A DNA stretch of 32,000 nt from Opitutaceae bacterium (GCA_027482185.1 JAIXWF010000003.1:376809-408808), one strand, 5' to 3'. Positions 1 through 9,253 are shown, numbered from the stretch's first letter. The notes: generated by a model not told the origin, from the letters alone. Numbers and translations: made by a program.

Positions 1-2395
1 CGAGCACCTGCCGTGCGAGGTCCAGTTCGCGCGCGTTCGGTTCGCGCCCGAGCGTGCGCAGGTAAAGCGTCCGCGCCACGGCGTCCGCGCCTTGGTCCGG
101 CGGCAGTTTCGCCAGCCATTCCTTCGCCCCGCGCGCAAGCAGCGCGGCCAATGTGCTGCCGTTCGTGAGTTCCAACGCCTGCAGCGTCGTCGCCTCGCTC
201 TGCCGCACCGTCGTCACCTGTTCCCGGTTCGGCCGGCCCAGGGCCGCCATCAACGGATCCGCCGCCACCAGCGAGGCCCGCTCCACGGGCAACGTGTCCG
301 CCGGCGCCGCCGCCAAATCGAGGAAGGGTTGGCCCAGCCGCCACGGGGCGAGGTCGAGCCCGCCGAGTTCGCTCAGCGGCTGCGGGTCCACGCCGATCTG
401 CGCCGTCCACCGCGCATCGCTCACGAAATCGAGCACCTGCGTCCCCGCGCGCACGCGCCCGTAGACGATCAACCCGGCCGGGCTGTCGGGATCCAGCCGC
501 GCATCGCCGGCGGACACCAACCGCCCTTCGTCCGGGGCCAGGTTCGCCGCGCTGACTTCGATCGTGTTGGCGCCCACCTTCAGGGCCGCCAGCACGTCGA
601 CCGCCACCGCCGACGTGCTGAGGCGCCGCGCCGAGCTGCCGAGGTTCTTGCCGTTGACGCGGAGATTCCAGTTGTCGTCGGCCGCGAGCGTCACGACGGC
701 CTCCGTCGGCAACGTCGCCAGCTCGAGCGTCCGCCGGAACAGCACCGTCGCCGGCGCCGCCTTCCGGGCCGCGCCCGGCGCGATCCAGATCCACTTCGGC
801 GCCAGCGGGAGCGTCGCATGCACCTCGCCGCCGAAGGCCGCGCGACGGTTCAGTTTCGCGTCGGGCTTGCCGTAATTCAAACCCGTCACCTGCCGCACCG
901 CATCCGCGAATTGCTCCGCGCTCAGCCGGCGCACCGTCGGTCCCTGGAACACATACGGCGCGTCGCCGGCCGTCTCGGTCGCCGGCAACTGGTATGCCCG
1001 CGACGTCAGGATCCGCGCGATCAGGTGCTTCAAATCGTGCCCGTGGGCGACGAAGTCCTCCGCCAAAACGTCGATCACCTCGGGGGCCCATGCGGGCCGG
1101 TCCATTTCGTCGACCGGCTCGACGAGCCCGTGGCCGAAGAAACGTTGCCAGTAGCGGTTCACCACCGTGCGCGGCATGCGGCCGTTCGTGCGGCCCGTGA
1201 TGATGTCCGCCAGCCTCCGTTTGCGCTCGGCGGCGTTGGCCTCGACGTCGATCGCGCCGAGTTCGTTGTAGAGGAACTTCACGCGGGCGACATGCCCGGT
1301 GGGTTTGTCGCACTCCGCGATTTCCAACGGGCTGTCCGCGTAGATCGTCGCGATGCCGTAGGCGTCCTCGAGCGTGTAATCGTCGATGAAACTGTCGTGG
1401 CAGGACGCGCACTTCAGGTTCACGCCGAGGATCACCTGCGCGACACTCTGCGCCGCCTGCATCGGCGGCACCATGCTGGCGTTGACGGCGCCGCGCCACA
1501 GGATGCCGCGCGTGAAGCCTTCGGATTCGGCGCCGGGATCGACCAATTCGCGGACGAATTGATGGTACGGCACATTGCGCGCGAGCGCGGTGTAGAGCCA
1601 CGGCGTGAGCGGCTTGCGGCCGCCGTCGATGTAGCCCGTGCCCTTGTAGTCGTTTCGCAGCAGATCGTTCCAGAAACTCAACCAGTGCTCCGCATAACGT
1701 TGGTCGTCGGCGAGCAAGCGCGCGACGAGCCGGCTGCGTTTGTCCGGGGCCGGATCGGCGAGGAACGCCGCCAACTCCTCCGGCTTCGGCAGGAGGCCGA
1801 TGGCGTCCAACCAAGCGCGCCGGGCAAAGGTGCGGTCGTCCACCGGCTGCGGCCAGGAGCGGCCCTTCGCCGCGAGGTAGCGGTCGAGCGCCCGGTCCAC
1901 CGGATTTTCCAAGCCGGGTTTCGCCGGCGGCAACGTCACGGCCTTGGCCTGCAGGTTCGCGCGCTCGGGAATGTGGAACGCCACATTGTCCGGCCAAGCC
2001 ATGCCCTGGTCGATCCAGGCGCGGAACACCGCCACTTGCTCGGCCGTGAGCCGCTTGCCCTTTTTCGGCATCACCATGTCCGGATCGAGGCCCGCGATCA
2101 TCGCCAGCACCGGGCTCTCCGCGCTCTTGCCGGGTACGGCCGCGGCGCCGTTGTCGCCGCCTTCGAGGAAATCGGCGCGCGTCTCGAGATTGAAGCTGCC
2201 CTTGCTCTTGCCGTGGCCGTGGCACTGCGTGCAGCTGGCGAGGAAGATGGGCTGGATGTCGCGGACGAAGTCGACCTTGCCGGGCTTGGCCGCCGGCAAA
2301 CGCGCGAGCACGTCGGGGGGCAACGGCTTGCCGGACGCCGCAGCAACGAGAGCCAAACCGAGCACCGGGACTGAAAGCAGAAAGCGGAAGTTCAT
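1..2395 (-). CDS. PSCyt1 / DUF1549 / DUF1553-type secreted cytochrome-c-domain protein (3' end runs off the window)
   Basis: Absent from the ORF track because no stop codon lies in the window. My hand translation of the reverse strand from ATG (complement of 2393-2395) stays open for 798 codons. It reads MNFRFLLSVPVLGLALVAAASG (signal peptide), FLASCTQCHGHGKSKG (CxxCH haem motif), RRAWLDAIGLLPKPEELAAFLADP, HWLSFWNDLLRND, NLKCASCHDSFIDDY, NRYWQRFFGHGLVEPVDE, RRLSAEQFADAV and SEATTLQALELTNG. These are typical of the planctomycete/verrucomicrobial PSCyt1-DUF1549-DUF1553 family. The 760-aa plus-strand ORF 92..2374 is its Arg-rich shadow. Confidence 0.85.
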   Translation of the reverse strand, partial: MNFRFLLSVPVLGLALVAAASGKPLPPDVLARLPAAKPGKVDFVRDIQPIFLASCTQCHGHGKSKGSFNLETRADFLEGGDNGAAAVPGKSAESPVLAMIAGLDPDMVMPKKGKRLTAEQVAVFRAWIDQGMAWPDNVAFHIPERANLQAKAVTLPPAKPGLENPVDRALDRYLAAKGRSWPQPVDDRTFARRAWLDAIGLLPKPEELAAFLADPAPDKRSRLVARLLADDQRYAEHWLSFWNDLLRNDYKGTGYIDGGRKPLTPWLYTALARNVPYHQFVRELVDPGAESEGFTRGILWRGAVNASMVPPMQAAQSVAQVILGVNLKCASCHDSFIDDYTLEDAYGIATIYADSPLEIAECDKPTGHVARVKFLYNELGAIDVEANAAERKRRLADIITGRTNGRMPRTVVNRYWQRFFGHGLVEPVDEMDRPAWAPEVIDVLAEDFVAHGHDLKHLIARILTSRAYQLPATETAGDAPYVFQGPTVRRLSAEQFADAVRQVTGLNYGKPDAKLNRRAAFGGEVHATLPLAPKWIWIAPGAARKAAPATVLFRRTLELATLPTEAVVTLAADDNWNLRVNGKNLGSSARRLSTSAVAVDVLAALKVGANTIEVSAANLAPDEGRLVSAGDARLDPDSPAGLIVYGRVRAGTQVLDFVSDARWTAQIGVDPQPLSELGGLDLAPWRLGQPFLDLAAAPADTLPVERASLVAADPLMAALGRPNREQVTTVRQSEATTLQALELTNGSTLAALLARGAKEWLAKLPPDQGADAVARTLYLRTLGREPNARELDLARQVL

Positions 2396-2563
2396 CGGGA
2401 CAACGACGGAAGGGGAAACGTTACCGTGCGAGGGTACGGCGACGTTGCCAGCCCGATTTGAACTTTGCGTCGGGGCACGACTCGTGCGCTCCCTTTCCTC
2501 GTTGGGCGCGCACGAGGTGCGCCCCGACCACGAAGGCACGCCCCCTGCTGCCCCATCCACTCA

Positions 2564-3823
2564 ATGCCACTCCGCTCCCCCGTCCGTTTCCCTCTCGGCC
2601 TCGCCGCGCTGGTCCTCGCGGTCGCGTGGCCCGCGGCCGGCGGCGCCGCCGAAGCCGTCGGGCGGCCGTTGGGCCCGTGGACCCGCGGCCAACTCGAGAT
2701 CCACCACATCGCCACCGGCCGCGGCAATGCCGCCCTCGTGATCGGACCCGACGGCACCACGCTGCTCATCGACGCGGGCGAAGCCGGCGGCACCGCCGAA
2801 GCGCTCTGCCCGCCGCGCCCCGATGGTTCCCGCCGGCCCGGCGAGTGGATCGCCCGCTACGCCCGCCGCCGTCTCACCCCGACCGGCCGCGCGGAGCTCG
2901 ACTACGCCGTCGTCACCCACCTCCATCCCGACCACCTCGGCAACCCGCAGCCCGATTCGCCGCGCTCCCGGCAAGGCGATTGGGCGCTCGCGGGGCTGAC
3001 CGAAGTCGCCGAACTCCTGCCGGTCCGCACCGTCATCGACCGCGGGTATCCGGATTATTCCTACCCGCGCCTCTCGCCCGCCGGCTTCGCGCGCAACTAC
3101 CACGCCTTCATCGCCGGCCGCCGCCGCGCCGGCGCCCCGGATGCGCGGCTAGTGCCGGGCTCCGCCGACCAAATCCGTCTCCTGCGCGCCCCTCAGGAGT
3201 TTCCCGCTTTCGCCGTGCGAAACCTCGCCGCCAACGGCGTCGTCTGGACCGGCCGCGCCGCGGAAACCGCCACCGCGGTGCCGCCGCTCGCCGACCTCGC
3301 CCCCGCCGATTACCCCGACGAAAACATGTGCTCGGTCGCCCTGCGCATTTCGTACGGCAAATTCGACTACTTCACCGGCGGCGACCTCCATTGCGACACC
3401 GCCTTCGGCACGATGCCGTGGCGCGATGTCGAGACCCCGGCCGCGCGCGCCGCCGGCCCCGTCGAGGTCGCGACCGCCAACCACCATGCCTACTTCGACG
3501 CCGTCGGCCCCGACTCCGTCCGCGCCCTCCAACCTCGCCTGTGGATCACCCAGGCCTGGCACCTCACGCATCTCAATATGGGCGTCCTCGAGCGCATGCT
3601 CAGCCCGCGGCTCTACGCGGGGCCGCGCGACGTCGTCGCGACCGACCTCCTCCCCGCCACCGCGCTGATGAACGAGCGCTTCATGAAACAGGTCCGCGCC
3701 ACCCTCGGCCACGTCGTCCTGCGCGTCGCGGCCGATGGCGCGAGCTTCACGGCCTACGTCACCGAGTGCCGCGACGAAACGGACACCGTGGTCGACATCC
3801 TCGGACCGTTTCCCTGCCGCTGA
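2564..3823 (+). CDS. secreted MBL-fold metallo-hydrolase (ComEC C-terminal-like beta-lactamase fold)
   Basis: ORF 2465..3823. I trimmed the start to the in-frame ATG at 2564, where MPLRSPVRFPLGLAALVLAVAWPAAG looks like a signal peptide. Also present: LEIHHIATGRGNAALVIGPDGTTLLIDAG and VVTHLHPDH (HxHxDH zinc-binding motif). Confidence 0.8.
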   Translation: MPLRSPVRFPLGLAALVLAVAWPAAGGAAEAVGRPLGPWTRGQLEIHHIATGRGNAALVIGPDGTTLLIDAGEAGGTAEALCPPRPDGSRRPGEWIARYARRRLTPTGRAELDYAVVTHLHPDHLGNPQPDSPRSRQGDWALAGLTEVAELLPVRTVIDRGYPDYSYPRLSPAGFARNYHAFIAGRRRAGAPDARLVPGSADQIRLLRAPQEFPAFAVRNLAANGVVWTGRAAETATAVPPLADLAPADYPDENMCSVALRISYGKFDYFTGGDLHCDTAFGTMPWRDVETPAARAAGPVEVATANHHAYFDAVGPDSVRALQPRLWITQAWHLTHLNMGVLERMLSPRLYAGPRDVVATDLLPATALMNERFMKQVRATLGHVVLRVAADGASFTAYVTECRDETDTVVDILGPFPCR

Positions 3824-3889
3824 GGCCGGGCCGCCGGCGAACGCGGCGCGCGACCCCGCCCGCACTTTGCCGCCCGCCGGGGGACAATC

Positions 3890-3910
3890 TGCTTGTCCCC
3901 GCCCGCCGGC
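3890..3910 (+). terminator. small GC-rich hairpin GGGGACAA-tctgc-TTGTCCCC, 67 nt after the MBL-hydrolase stop, no U-tract
   Basis: Perfect 8-bp inverted repeat (3890-3897 / 3903-3910) with a 5-nt loop. It is flanked by the direct repeat GCCCGCCGG (3882-3890 and 3911-3919). Terminator function is a guess. Confidence 0.3.
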
Positions 3911-4008
3911 CGCCGTTTCGTCGCCGCGCTGCACCTCGTCGACGCCACCCCGCGTTGGCGAATCTACCCCAACCTCCCCGTCTCCCCCGGCGGGCAACCC
4001 CGACCGCC

Positions 4009-7000
4009 ATGAACCTCTGGCTCCGCCCGGTCTTCCGCACCGGCACCTTCCGCGCCTTCCTCCGCGCCGGCACATTTCTGATTTTGGCCGCCGTACTACG
4101 CGCCCAGACCCCGGCTACCGGCACGATCGAAGGCCGCGTCTTCGATTCCGGACGCGGCGAATACCTCGTCAACGCGCGCCTTACCGTCGAGGGCACCGCC
4201 CTCGAGGCGTTTACCGACGAAGCCGGCCAATACCGCCTCACCGGCGTGCCCGCCGGCTCCGCCCGCGTCCGCGTTTTCTTCACCGGCCTCACCGCGCAAA
4301 CCGCCGCCGTCGCGGTCGCCCCCGGCGCCGTCGCCACCCACCACGTCACCCTTTCCGCCGCTCCCGCCGCCGGTGCCCCGGCCGGCCGCGCCACTGCCGG
4401 GGCCGACGGTACCGTCCAGCTCAGCCAGTTCGTCGTCTCGACCACGAAGGAAATGGACGGCGCCGCCATCGCCATCAACGAGCAGCGCTTCGCCCGCACG
4501 ATCATGAACGTCGTCGCCGCGGACGAATTCGGCACCGTCGTCGACGGCACGCCCGGCGAGGTCATGAAGTTTCTCCCCGGCATCACGATGGACTACAGCG
4601 CCGGCGAGGCCCGCACCATCTCGATGAACGGCGTGCCCGCCTCCAACGTCCCGATCACCGTCGGCGGCTTCGACCTCGCCAGCGCCGCGGGCAACGGCAC
4701 CGGCCGCGTCACCAACCTCGACCAATTCTCCGTCAACAGCATCTCCCGCATCGAGGTCCACCACTCCCCCACGCCCGAGTCCACGGGGTCCGCCCTCGCC
4801 GGCTCCGTCAACATGGTCCCGCGCTCCGCCTTCGAGCGCTCCCGCCCGATCCACACCGCCAGCGTATTCCTCACCCTCAAGGACGGCGACCGCAGCTTCC
4901 ACAAAACCCCGGGCCCGCTCAACAAACCCACCCGCAAGGTCACCCCCGGTTTCAATTTCTCCTCCGTCGTCCCGGTGAACAAAAAGTTCGGCTTCACCCT
5001 CTCCGGCAACCACGTCGACCAGTACAGCTACGAGGACGTCGCCACCTCCACCTGGCGCGGCAACGGCCAGGCCACGAGCGTCGCCGCCACCGCCCTCAAC
5101 GGCCGCCCCGACACCACGCCCGACAAACCCTACCTCACCGACTTCGCCCTGCGCGACAGCACCCGCGGCAACCGCGCCGACTCCGCCGGCCTCACCGTCG
5201 ACTACAAGTTTTCGCGCAACGACACCGTGTCCTTCTCGTTTCAATACACGTGGATCGGCGTGGTGCACAACAACCGCACCCTCTCCTTCTTCATCAACCG
5301 CGTGCAGCCCGGCGCCTGGAGCCCCGTCCACACCGAGGGCACCCGCTACGTCGCGGGCTCGCCGACCTCGACCGGCACGCTCACGCCGGGCGGCTTCGGC
5401 CCCGTCGGCGGCTTCGACGAGGTCCGCGTCAACGGCTCCGCCCAGGACTGGTACGGCACCACCTACACGCCCTCGCTCGTCTGGCGGCACGACGGCCCGG
5501 TCTGGAAAATGGACGCCGGCCTCGGCTTCTCCCGCGCCAGCCTCCACACCCGCAACGTCGACAAGGGCTTCTTCGGCGCCTCCCAGGCCCGCCGCACCGG
5601 CGTGCGTGTCTCGTTCGCCGACATCTTCTACCTCCGGCCCAACACCATCACGGTCACCGGCGCCGACGGCCTGCCCGTCGACCCGTATCGGCTCGACAAC
5701 TACTCCCTCGACACCGCCAACGGCGTCGTGCGCGACTCCGTCGACCTGAAGCGCAGCGTCCGTGCCAACATCCGCCGCGATCTCGTCCTGCGCGGCATCC
5801 CCGTCTCCCTCAAAGCCGGCGGCGACATGCGCAGCGCCGAGCGCGATCTCCGCGCCACCACCGACACCTACACCTACGTCGGTCCCGACGGCATCAACAG
5901 CTTCGCCGGCAACGCGCCGCAGCGCGGCGACGACAACGCCGGCATCGCCCTCGACGAGGAGTTCTCCCGCCGCACCGGAGCCTACGGTTTCCCGCAGGTC
6001 CAATGGCTCTCCAACGACGACTACTACGATCTCTACAAGCGCACGCCCGGCCACTTCACCACCAACGCCAACACCAATTACCGCGCCGGCGTCGGCGCCT
6101 CAAAGTACGCCCGCGAGATCATCACCTCAGCCTACCTCCGCACCGACGCCGCCTTCTTCAACCGCCGCCTCCAGTTCGTCGGCGGCCTGCGCGCCGAGCA
6201 GACCAACATCAAGGCCGCCGGCCCGCTCACCGATCCCTCCGGCAATTGGCAGCGCGACGCCGCGGGCAACGTCGTCCCCCGCCGCGACGCCGCCGGCAAC
6301 ATCGTCCGCAACGCCCAGGGCATCGTCCAGCCCGCCCTCATCGTGCCGACCACGGACGCGCTCGGCGTTTCCCAACTCACCTACCTCGACCGCGGCCAGC
6401 GCACGCAGAAGGAATACCTGCGCCTCTTCCCCAACGCCAACCTCAGCTACCTGCTGCGCGAGAACGTCACCGCGCGTTTCGCCTACTACCAATCCGTCGG
6501 CCGCCCCGATTTCAACCAGTACGCCGGCGGCCTCACGCTGCCCGACACCTCCGTGCCCGTGACGTCCAACACCGTGATCTCGGTCAACAACGCCGGCATC
6601 AAGGCCTGGAGCGCCGAGACCTACAAAGTCCGCCTCGAGTACTATTTCGAGCGAGTCGGCACCATCAACATCGGGGCCTTCCGCCGGGACTTCAAAAATT
6701 TCTTCGGCAGCGTCCGCTTCCCGGCCACGCCCGAGTTCCTCTCCCTCTACGATCTCGATCCCGACGAATACGGCGTCTACGACGTCACGACGAACCACAA
6801 CCTCGATTCGACCGTGCGCATGACGGGCCTCGAATTCGACTACAAGCAGGCCCTCACGTTTCTCCCGCCTTGGGCCCGCGGCATCCAGGTCTTCGCCAAC
6901 GCCAGCGCCCTCCGCGCCACCGGCGAAGGCGCGGCCAACTTCGCCGGCTACGTCCCGCGCTCCGGCAGCTGGGGCTGGAGCCTCACCCGCCCGAAATACG

Positions 7001-7290
7001 TGCTGCGCATGAACTGGAACTACCGCGGCGCCCAGCGGCGCGGCCTCATCGCCGTCGGCCGCAGCATCGAGCCCAACACCTACAACTGGGGCTCCAAGCG
7101 GCTCTACCTCGACGTCACCGCCGACTACATCCTCAACCGCCGCTTCACGCTCTTCGGCAGCATGCGCAACATCCACAACCAGACCGAAGACTCGAAGATC
7201 TATGGCCCGAACACGCCCTCGTACGCCAAGTTCCGCCAACGCGTCGACTACGGCTCCGCCTGGACCTTCGGCGTGCGCGGCCAGTTCTGA
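4009..7290 (+). CDS. TonB-dependent outer-membrane receptor with N-terminal carboxypeptidase-regulatory-like domain
   Basis: This is the real part of the 1610-aa run-on ORF 2458..7290, with the start trimmed to in-frame ATG 4009. Signal peptide MNLWLRPVFRTGTFRAFLRAGTFLILAAVLRAQT. CarboxypepD_reg-like GTIEGRVFDSGRGEYLVNARLTVEGTALEAFTDEAGQYRLTGVPAGSARVRV. Plug-like QLSQFVVSTTKEMDGAAIAINEQRFARTIMNVVAADEFG...ISRIEVHHSPTPESTGSALAGSVNMV. Long beta-barrel ending in the aromatic terminal residue of ...WTFGVRGQF. Confidence 0.85.
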   Translation: MNLWLRPVFRTGTFRAFLRAGTFLILAAVLRAQTPATGTIEGRVFDSGRGEYLVNARLTVEGTALEAFTDEAGQYRLTGVPAGSARVRVFFTGLTAQTAAVAVAPGAVATHHVTLSAAPAAGAPAGRATAGADGTVQLSQFVVSTTKEMDGAAIAINEQRFARTIMNVVAADEFGTVVDGTPGEVMKFLPGITMDYSAGEARTISMNGVPASNVPITVGGFDLASAAGNGTGRVTNLDQFSVNSISRIEVHHSPTPESTGSALAGSVNMVPRSAFERSRPIHTASVFLTLKDGDRSFHKTPGPLNKPTRKVTPGFNFSSVVPVNKKFGFTLSGNHVDQYSYEDVATSTWRGNGQATSVAATALNGRPDTTPDKPYLTDFALRDSTRGNRADSAGLTVDYKFSRNDTVSFSFQYTWIGVVHNNRTLSFFINRVQPGAWSPVHTEGTRYVAGSPTSTGTLTPGGFGPVGGFDEVRVNGSAQDWYGTTYTPSLVWRHDGPVWKMDAGLGFSRASLHTRNVDKGFFGASQARRTGVRVSFADIFYLRPNTITVTGADGLPVDPYRLDNYSLDTANGVVRDSVDLKRSVRANIRRDLVLRGIPVSLKAGGDMRSAERDLRATTDTYTYVGPDGINSFAGNAPQRGDDNAGIALDEEFSRRTGAYGFPQVQWLSNDDYYDLYKRTPGHFTTNANTNYRAGVGASKYAREIITSAYLRTDAAFFNRRLQFVGGLRAEQTNIKAAGPLTDPSGNWQRDAAGNVVPRRDAAGNIVRNAQGIVQPALIVPTTDALGVSQLTYLDRGQRTQKEYLRLFPNANLSYLLRENVTARFAYYQSVGRPDFNQYAGGLTLPDTSVPVTSNTVISVNNAGIKAWSAETYKVRLEYYFERVGTINIGAFRRDFKNFFGSVRFPATPEFLSLYDLDPDEYGVYDVTTNHNLDSTVRMTGLEFDYKQALTFLPPWARGIQVFANASALRATGEGAANFAGYVPRSGSWGWSLTRPKYVLRMNWNYRGAQRRGLIAVGRSIEPNTYNWGSKRLYLDVTADYILNRRFTLFGSMRNIHNQTEDSKIYGPNTPSYAKFRQRVDYGSAWTFGVRGQF

Positions 7291-7301
7291 GCCATATACA
7301 G

Positions 7302-7427
7302 GCAGTTGAGAGAGCTTGGTTGAGAGTTGAGAGCAGAACCGAACAGCCTCGGCGCATCTCTTTTCTGGCCAGGGCCTGAGCGCCGCTGGATTTTTCTCTC
7401 AACTCTCAACCGCAAACTCTCAGCTGC
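7302..7427. repeat. 126-nt hairpin element whose arms are four tandem heptads (GTTGAGA type / TCTCAAC type)
   Basis: Left arm heptads: GTTGAGA|GAGCTTG|GTTGAGA|GTTGAGA (7305-7332). Right arm heptads: TCTCAAC|TCTCAAC|CGCAAAC|TCTCAGC (7397-7424). Inner stem 7318-7333 / 7396-7411 is a perfect 16 bp. Outer stem 7302-7312 / 7417-7427 is 11 bp with one T:G pair. The two stems are separated by a 5x5 internal loop. The 62-nt apical part has its own pairing (7344-7347+7351-7355 with 7380-7388). The element starts 12 nt after the TonB-receptor stop. Confidence 0.85.
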
Positions 7428-7562
7428 ATAATCCCGGCCAAGGCGCGGCGTGCCGGCTGCACAAATTTCTGGCGCGCGCCCGCGCGCTGCGCACACTCCG
7501 CCCGTCCTCCGCGGCTCCCCCCGCCCGGAGTTTGCGTTTTCCCCACCCCTTTCTCGTTCCCC

Positions 7563-9242
7563 ATGGAAAATCTCACTTACGACGCCATCGTCGTCGGCTC
7601 CGGCATCAGCGGCGGCTGGGCCGCCAAAGAGCTCACGCAGAAGGGCCTCAAGGTCCTCCTTCTCGAACGCGGCCGCAACATCGAGCATGTCTCCGGTTAC
7701 AAGAACGCCACCTTGCCGCCGTGGCAGGTCCCGCACCGCGGCAAGGTGCCGACCGATCTGCGCGACGCGCATCCGGTCCAGCGCCGCGACTACATCCTCA
7801 ACGAGGTCAACTACGACTACTGGGAGAAGGAAGCCGACAGCCCTTACATCGAGAAGAAGCCCTTCGATTGGTTCCGCGGCTACCACGTCGGCGGCCGCTC
7901 CCTGATGTGGGGCCGGCAGAGCTACCGGTTCAGCGATTTCGATTTCGAGGCCAACGCCAAGGAGGGCGTCGCGATCGACTGGCCCATCCGTTACGCCGAC
8001 ATCGCGCCCTGGTACGACTACGTCGAGCGCTTCGCCGGCATCAGCGGCTCGAAGGAAAATCTCCCCCAGCTGCCCGACGGCCAGTTCCTCCCGCCGATGG
8101 AGCTCAACGTCGTCGAAAAGCACGTCGCCGCCCGCATCCGTACCCATTTCAAAGATACGCGGCGCATGATCATCGGCCGCGCGGCCAATCTCACCCAGCC
8201 GCACGAGGACCGCGTGAACTGCCAGTTCCGCAACAAGTGCTGGCTCGGCTGTCCCTTCGGCGCCTACTTCAGCACCCAGTCGTCGACCCTCCCGGCCGCA
8301 ATGAAGACGGGCAACCTCACGCTCCGGCCCTTCTCGCTCGTCACGCGGCTCGTGTACGACAAAGACGCGAAGCGCGCCCGCGGCGTCGAGGTGCTCGACA
8401 CCGAGACGCGCCAGACCGTCGAGTACAAGGCCAAGGTCGTCTTCCTCTGCGCCTCGGCCTTCAACTCGACCACGATCCTGATGCGCTCCGCCACCGACGT
8501 TTGGCCCGGCGGCCTCGGCAGCAGCTGCGGCGAACTCGGCCACAACGTCATGGACCACCACTTCCGCGCCGGCGCCAGCGGCCGCGTGGAAGGCTTCGAG
8601 GACAAGATCGTCTTCGGCCGCCGCCCCAACGGTTTCTACATTCCCCGTTTCCGGAATCTGTTCGGCGACCAACGCGGCTACACGCGCGGCTTCGGCTACC
8701 AGGGCAACGCCAGCCGCGAGGGCTGGGCCCGCGAGGTCGCCGAGCTCGGCATCGGCGCCCCGCTCAAGGAGGCGCTGCGCGAACCCGGCCAGTGGACCAT
8801 CGGCATGACGGGCTTCGGCGAGATTCTGCCGTACCACGCCAACCGCATCTCCCTCGACTGGAACACGCGCGACAAGTGGGGCCAGCCCGTCCTCGTCATG
8901 GATTGCGAGATCAAGGAGAACGAAAAGAAGATGCGCGTCGACATGATGGCCGACGCCGCCGAGATGCTCGAGGCCGCCGGCGTGAAGCAGGTGAAGCCCG
9001 CCGACGCCGGCTACAACTTCGGCCGCGGTATCCACGAGATGGGCACCGCCCGCATGGGCCGCGACCCGAAGACCTCCGTGCTCAACGCCCACAACCAAGT
9101 CTGGGAAGCGCCCAACGTGTACGTCACCGACGGCTCCTGCATGACCTCCGGCGCCTGCATCAATCCCTCCCTCACCTACATGGCGCTGACGGCGCGCGCG
9201 GCGGACCACGCCGTCGCCCAGCTCAAGAGCCGCAACCTCTGA
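7563..9242 (+). CDS. GMC-family FAD oxidoreductase (large subunit of a gluconate-2-dehydrogenase-like pair)
   Basis: ORF 7563..9242. N-terminal Rossmann motif YDAIVVGSGISGGWAAKELTQKGLKVLLLERG. About 560 aa with no signal peptide, followed 11 nt later by the matching small subunit. The 653-aa minus ORF 7248..9209 is its shadow. Confidence 0.9.
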   Translation: MENLTYDAIVVGSGISGGWAAKELTQKGLKVLLLERGRNIEHVSGYKNATLPPWQVPHRGKVPTDLRDAHPVQRRDYILNEVNYDYWEKEADSPYIEKKPFDWFRGYHVGGRSLMWGRQSYRFSDFDFEANAKEGVAIDWPIRYADIAPWYDYVERFAGISGSKENLPQLPDGQFLPPMELNVVEKHVAARIRTHFKDTRRMIIGRAANLTQPHEDRVNCQFRNKCWLGCPFGAYFSTQSSTLPAAMKTGNLTLRPFSLVTRLVYDKDAKRARGVEVLDTETRQTVEYKAKVVFLCASAFNSTTILMRSATDVWPGGLGSSCGELGHNVMDHHFRAGASGRVEGFEDKIVFGRRPNGFYIPRFRNLFGDQRGYTRGFGYQGNASREGWAREVAELGIGAPLKEALREPGQWTIGMTGFGEILPYHANRISLDWNTRDKWGQPVLVMDCEIKENEKKMRVDMMADAAEMLEAAGVKQVKPADAGYNFGRGIHEMGTARMGRDPKTSVLNAHNQVWEAPNVYVTDGSCMTSGACINPSLTYMALTARAADHAVAQLKSRNL

Positions 9243-9253
9243 TCTTCCCCGCC

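Noticed and set aside
92-2374. 760-aa plus-strand ORF, the longest listed ORF in this part of the window
   Set aside because: Its translation is Arg/Pro/Gly/His-rich low-complexity sequence with no recognisable motif. The opposite strand in register encodes a full PSCyt1/DUF1549/DUF1553 protein with CxxCH and other family motifs. It is a typical shadow ORF of a high-GC gene.
2458-4008. 517-codon N-terminal extension of the 1610-aa ORF (also the overlapping 1214-aa ORF 3735..7379 and the minus ORFs 4096..6054 and 6127..7239)
   Set aside because: The extension is Arg/Pro junk that overlaps the real MBL-hydrolase gene in another frame. The receptor has a proper signal peptide starting at ATG 4009. 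The other ORFs are shadows of the receptor.
7248-9209. 653-aa minus-strand ORF over the GMC oxidoreductase gene, and the small ORF 7145..7402 crossing the heptad hairpin
   Set aside because: These are shadow and chance ORFs. The plus strand carries the FAD-binding GxGxxG protein. The 85-aa ORF is Arg/Cys/Ser-rich and is generated by the repeat itself.
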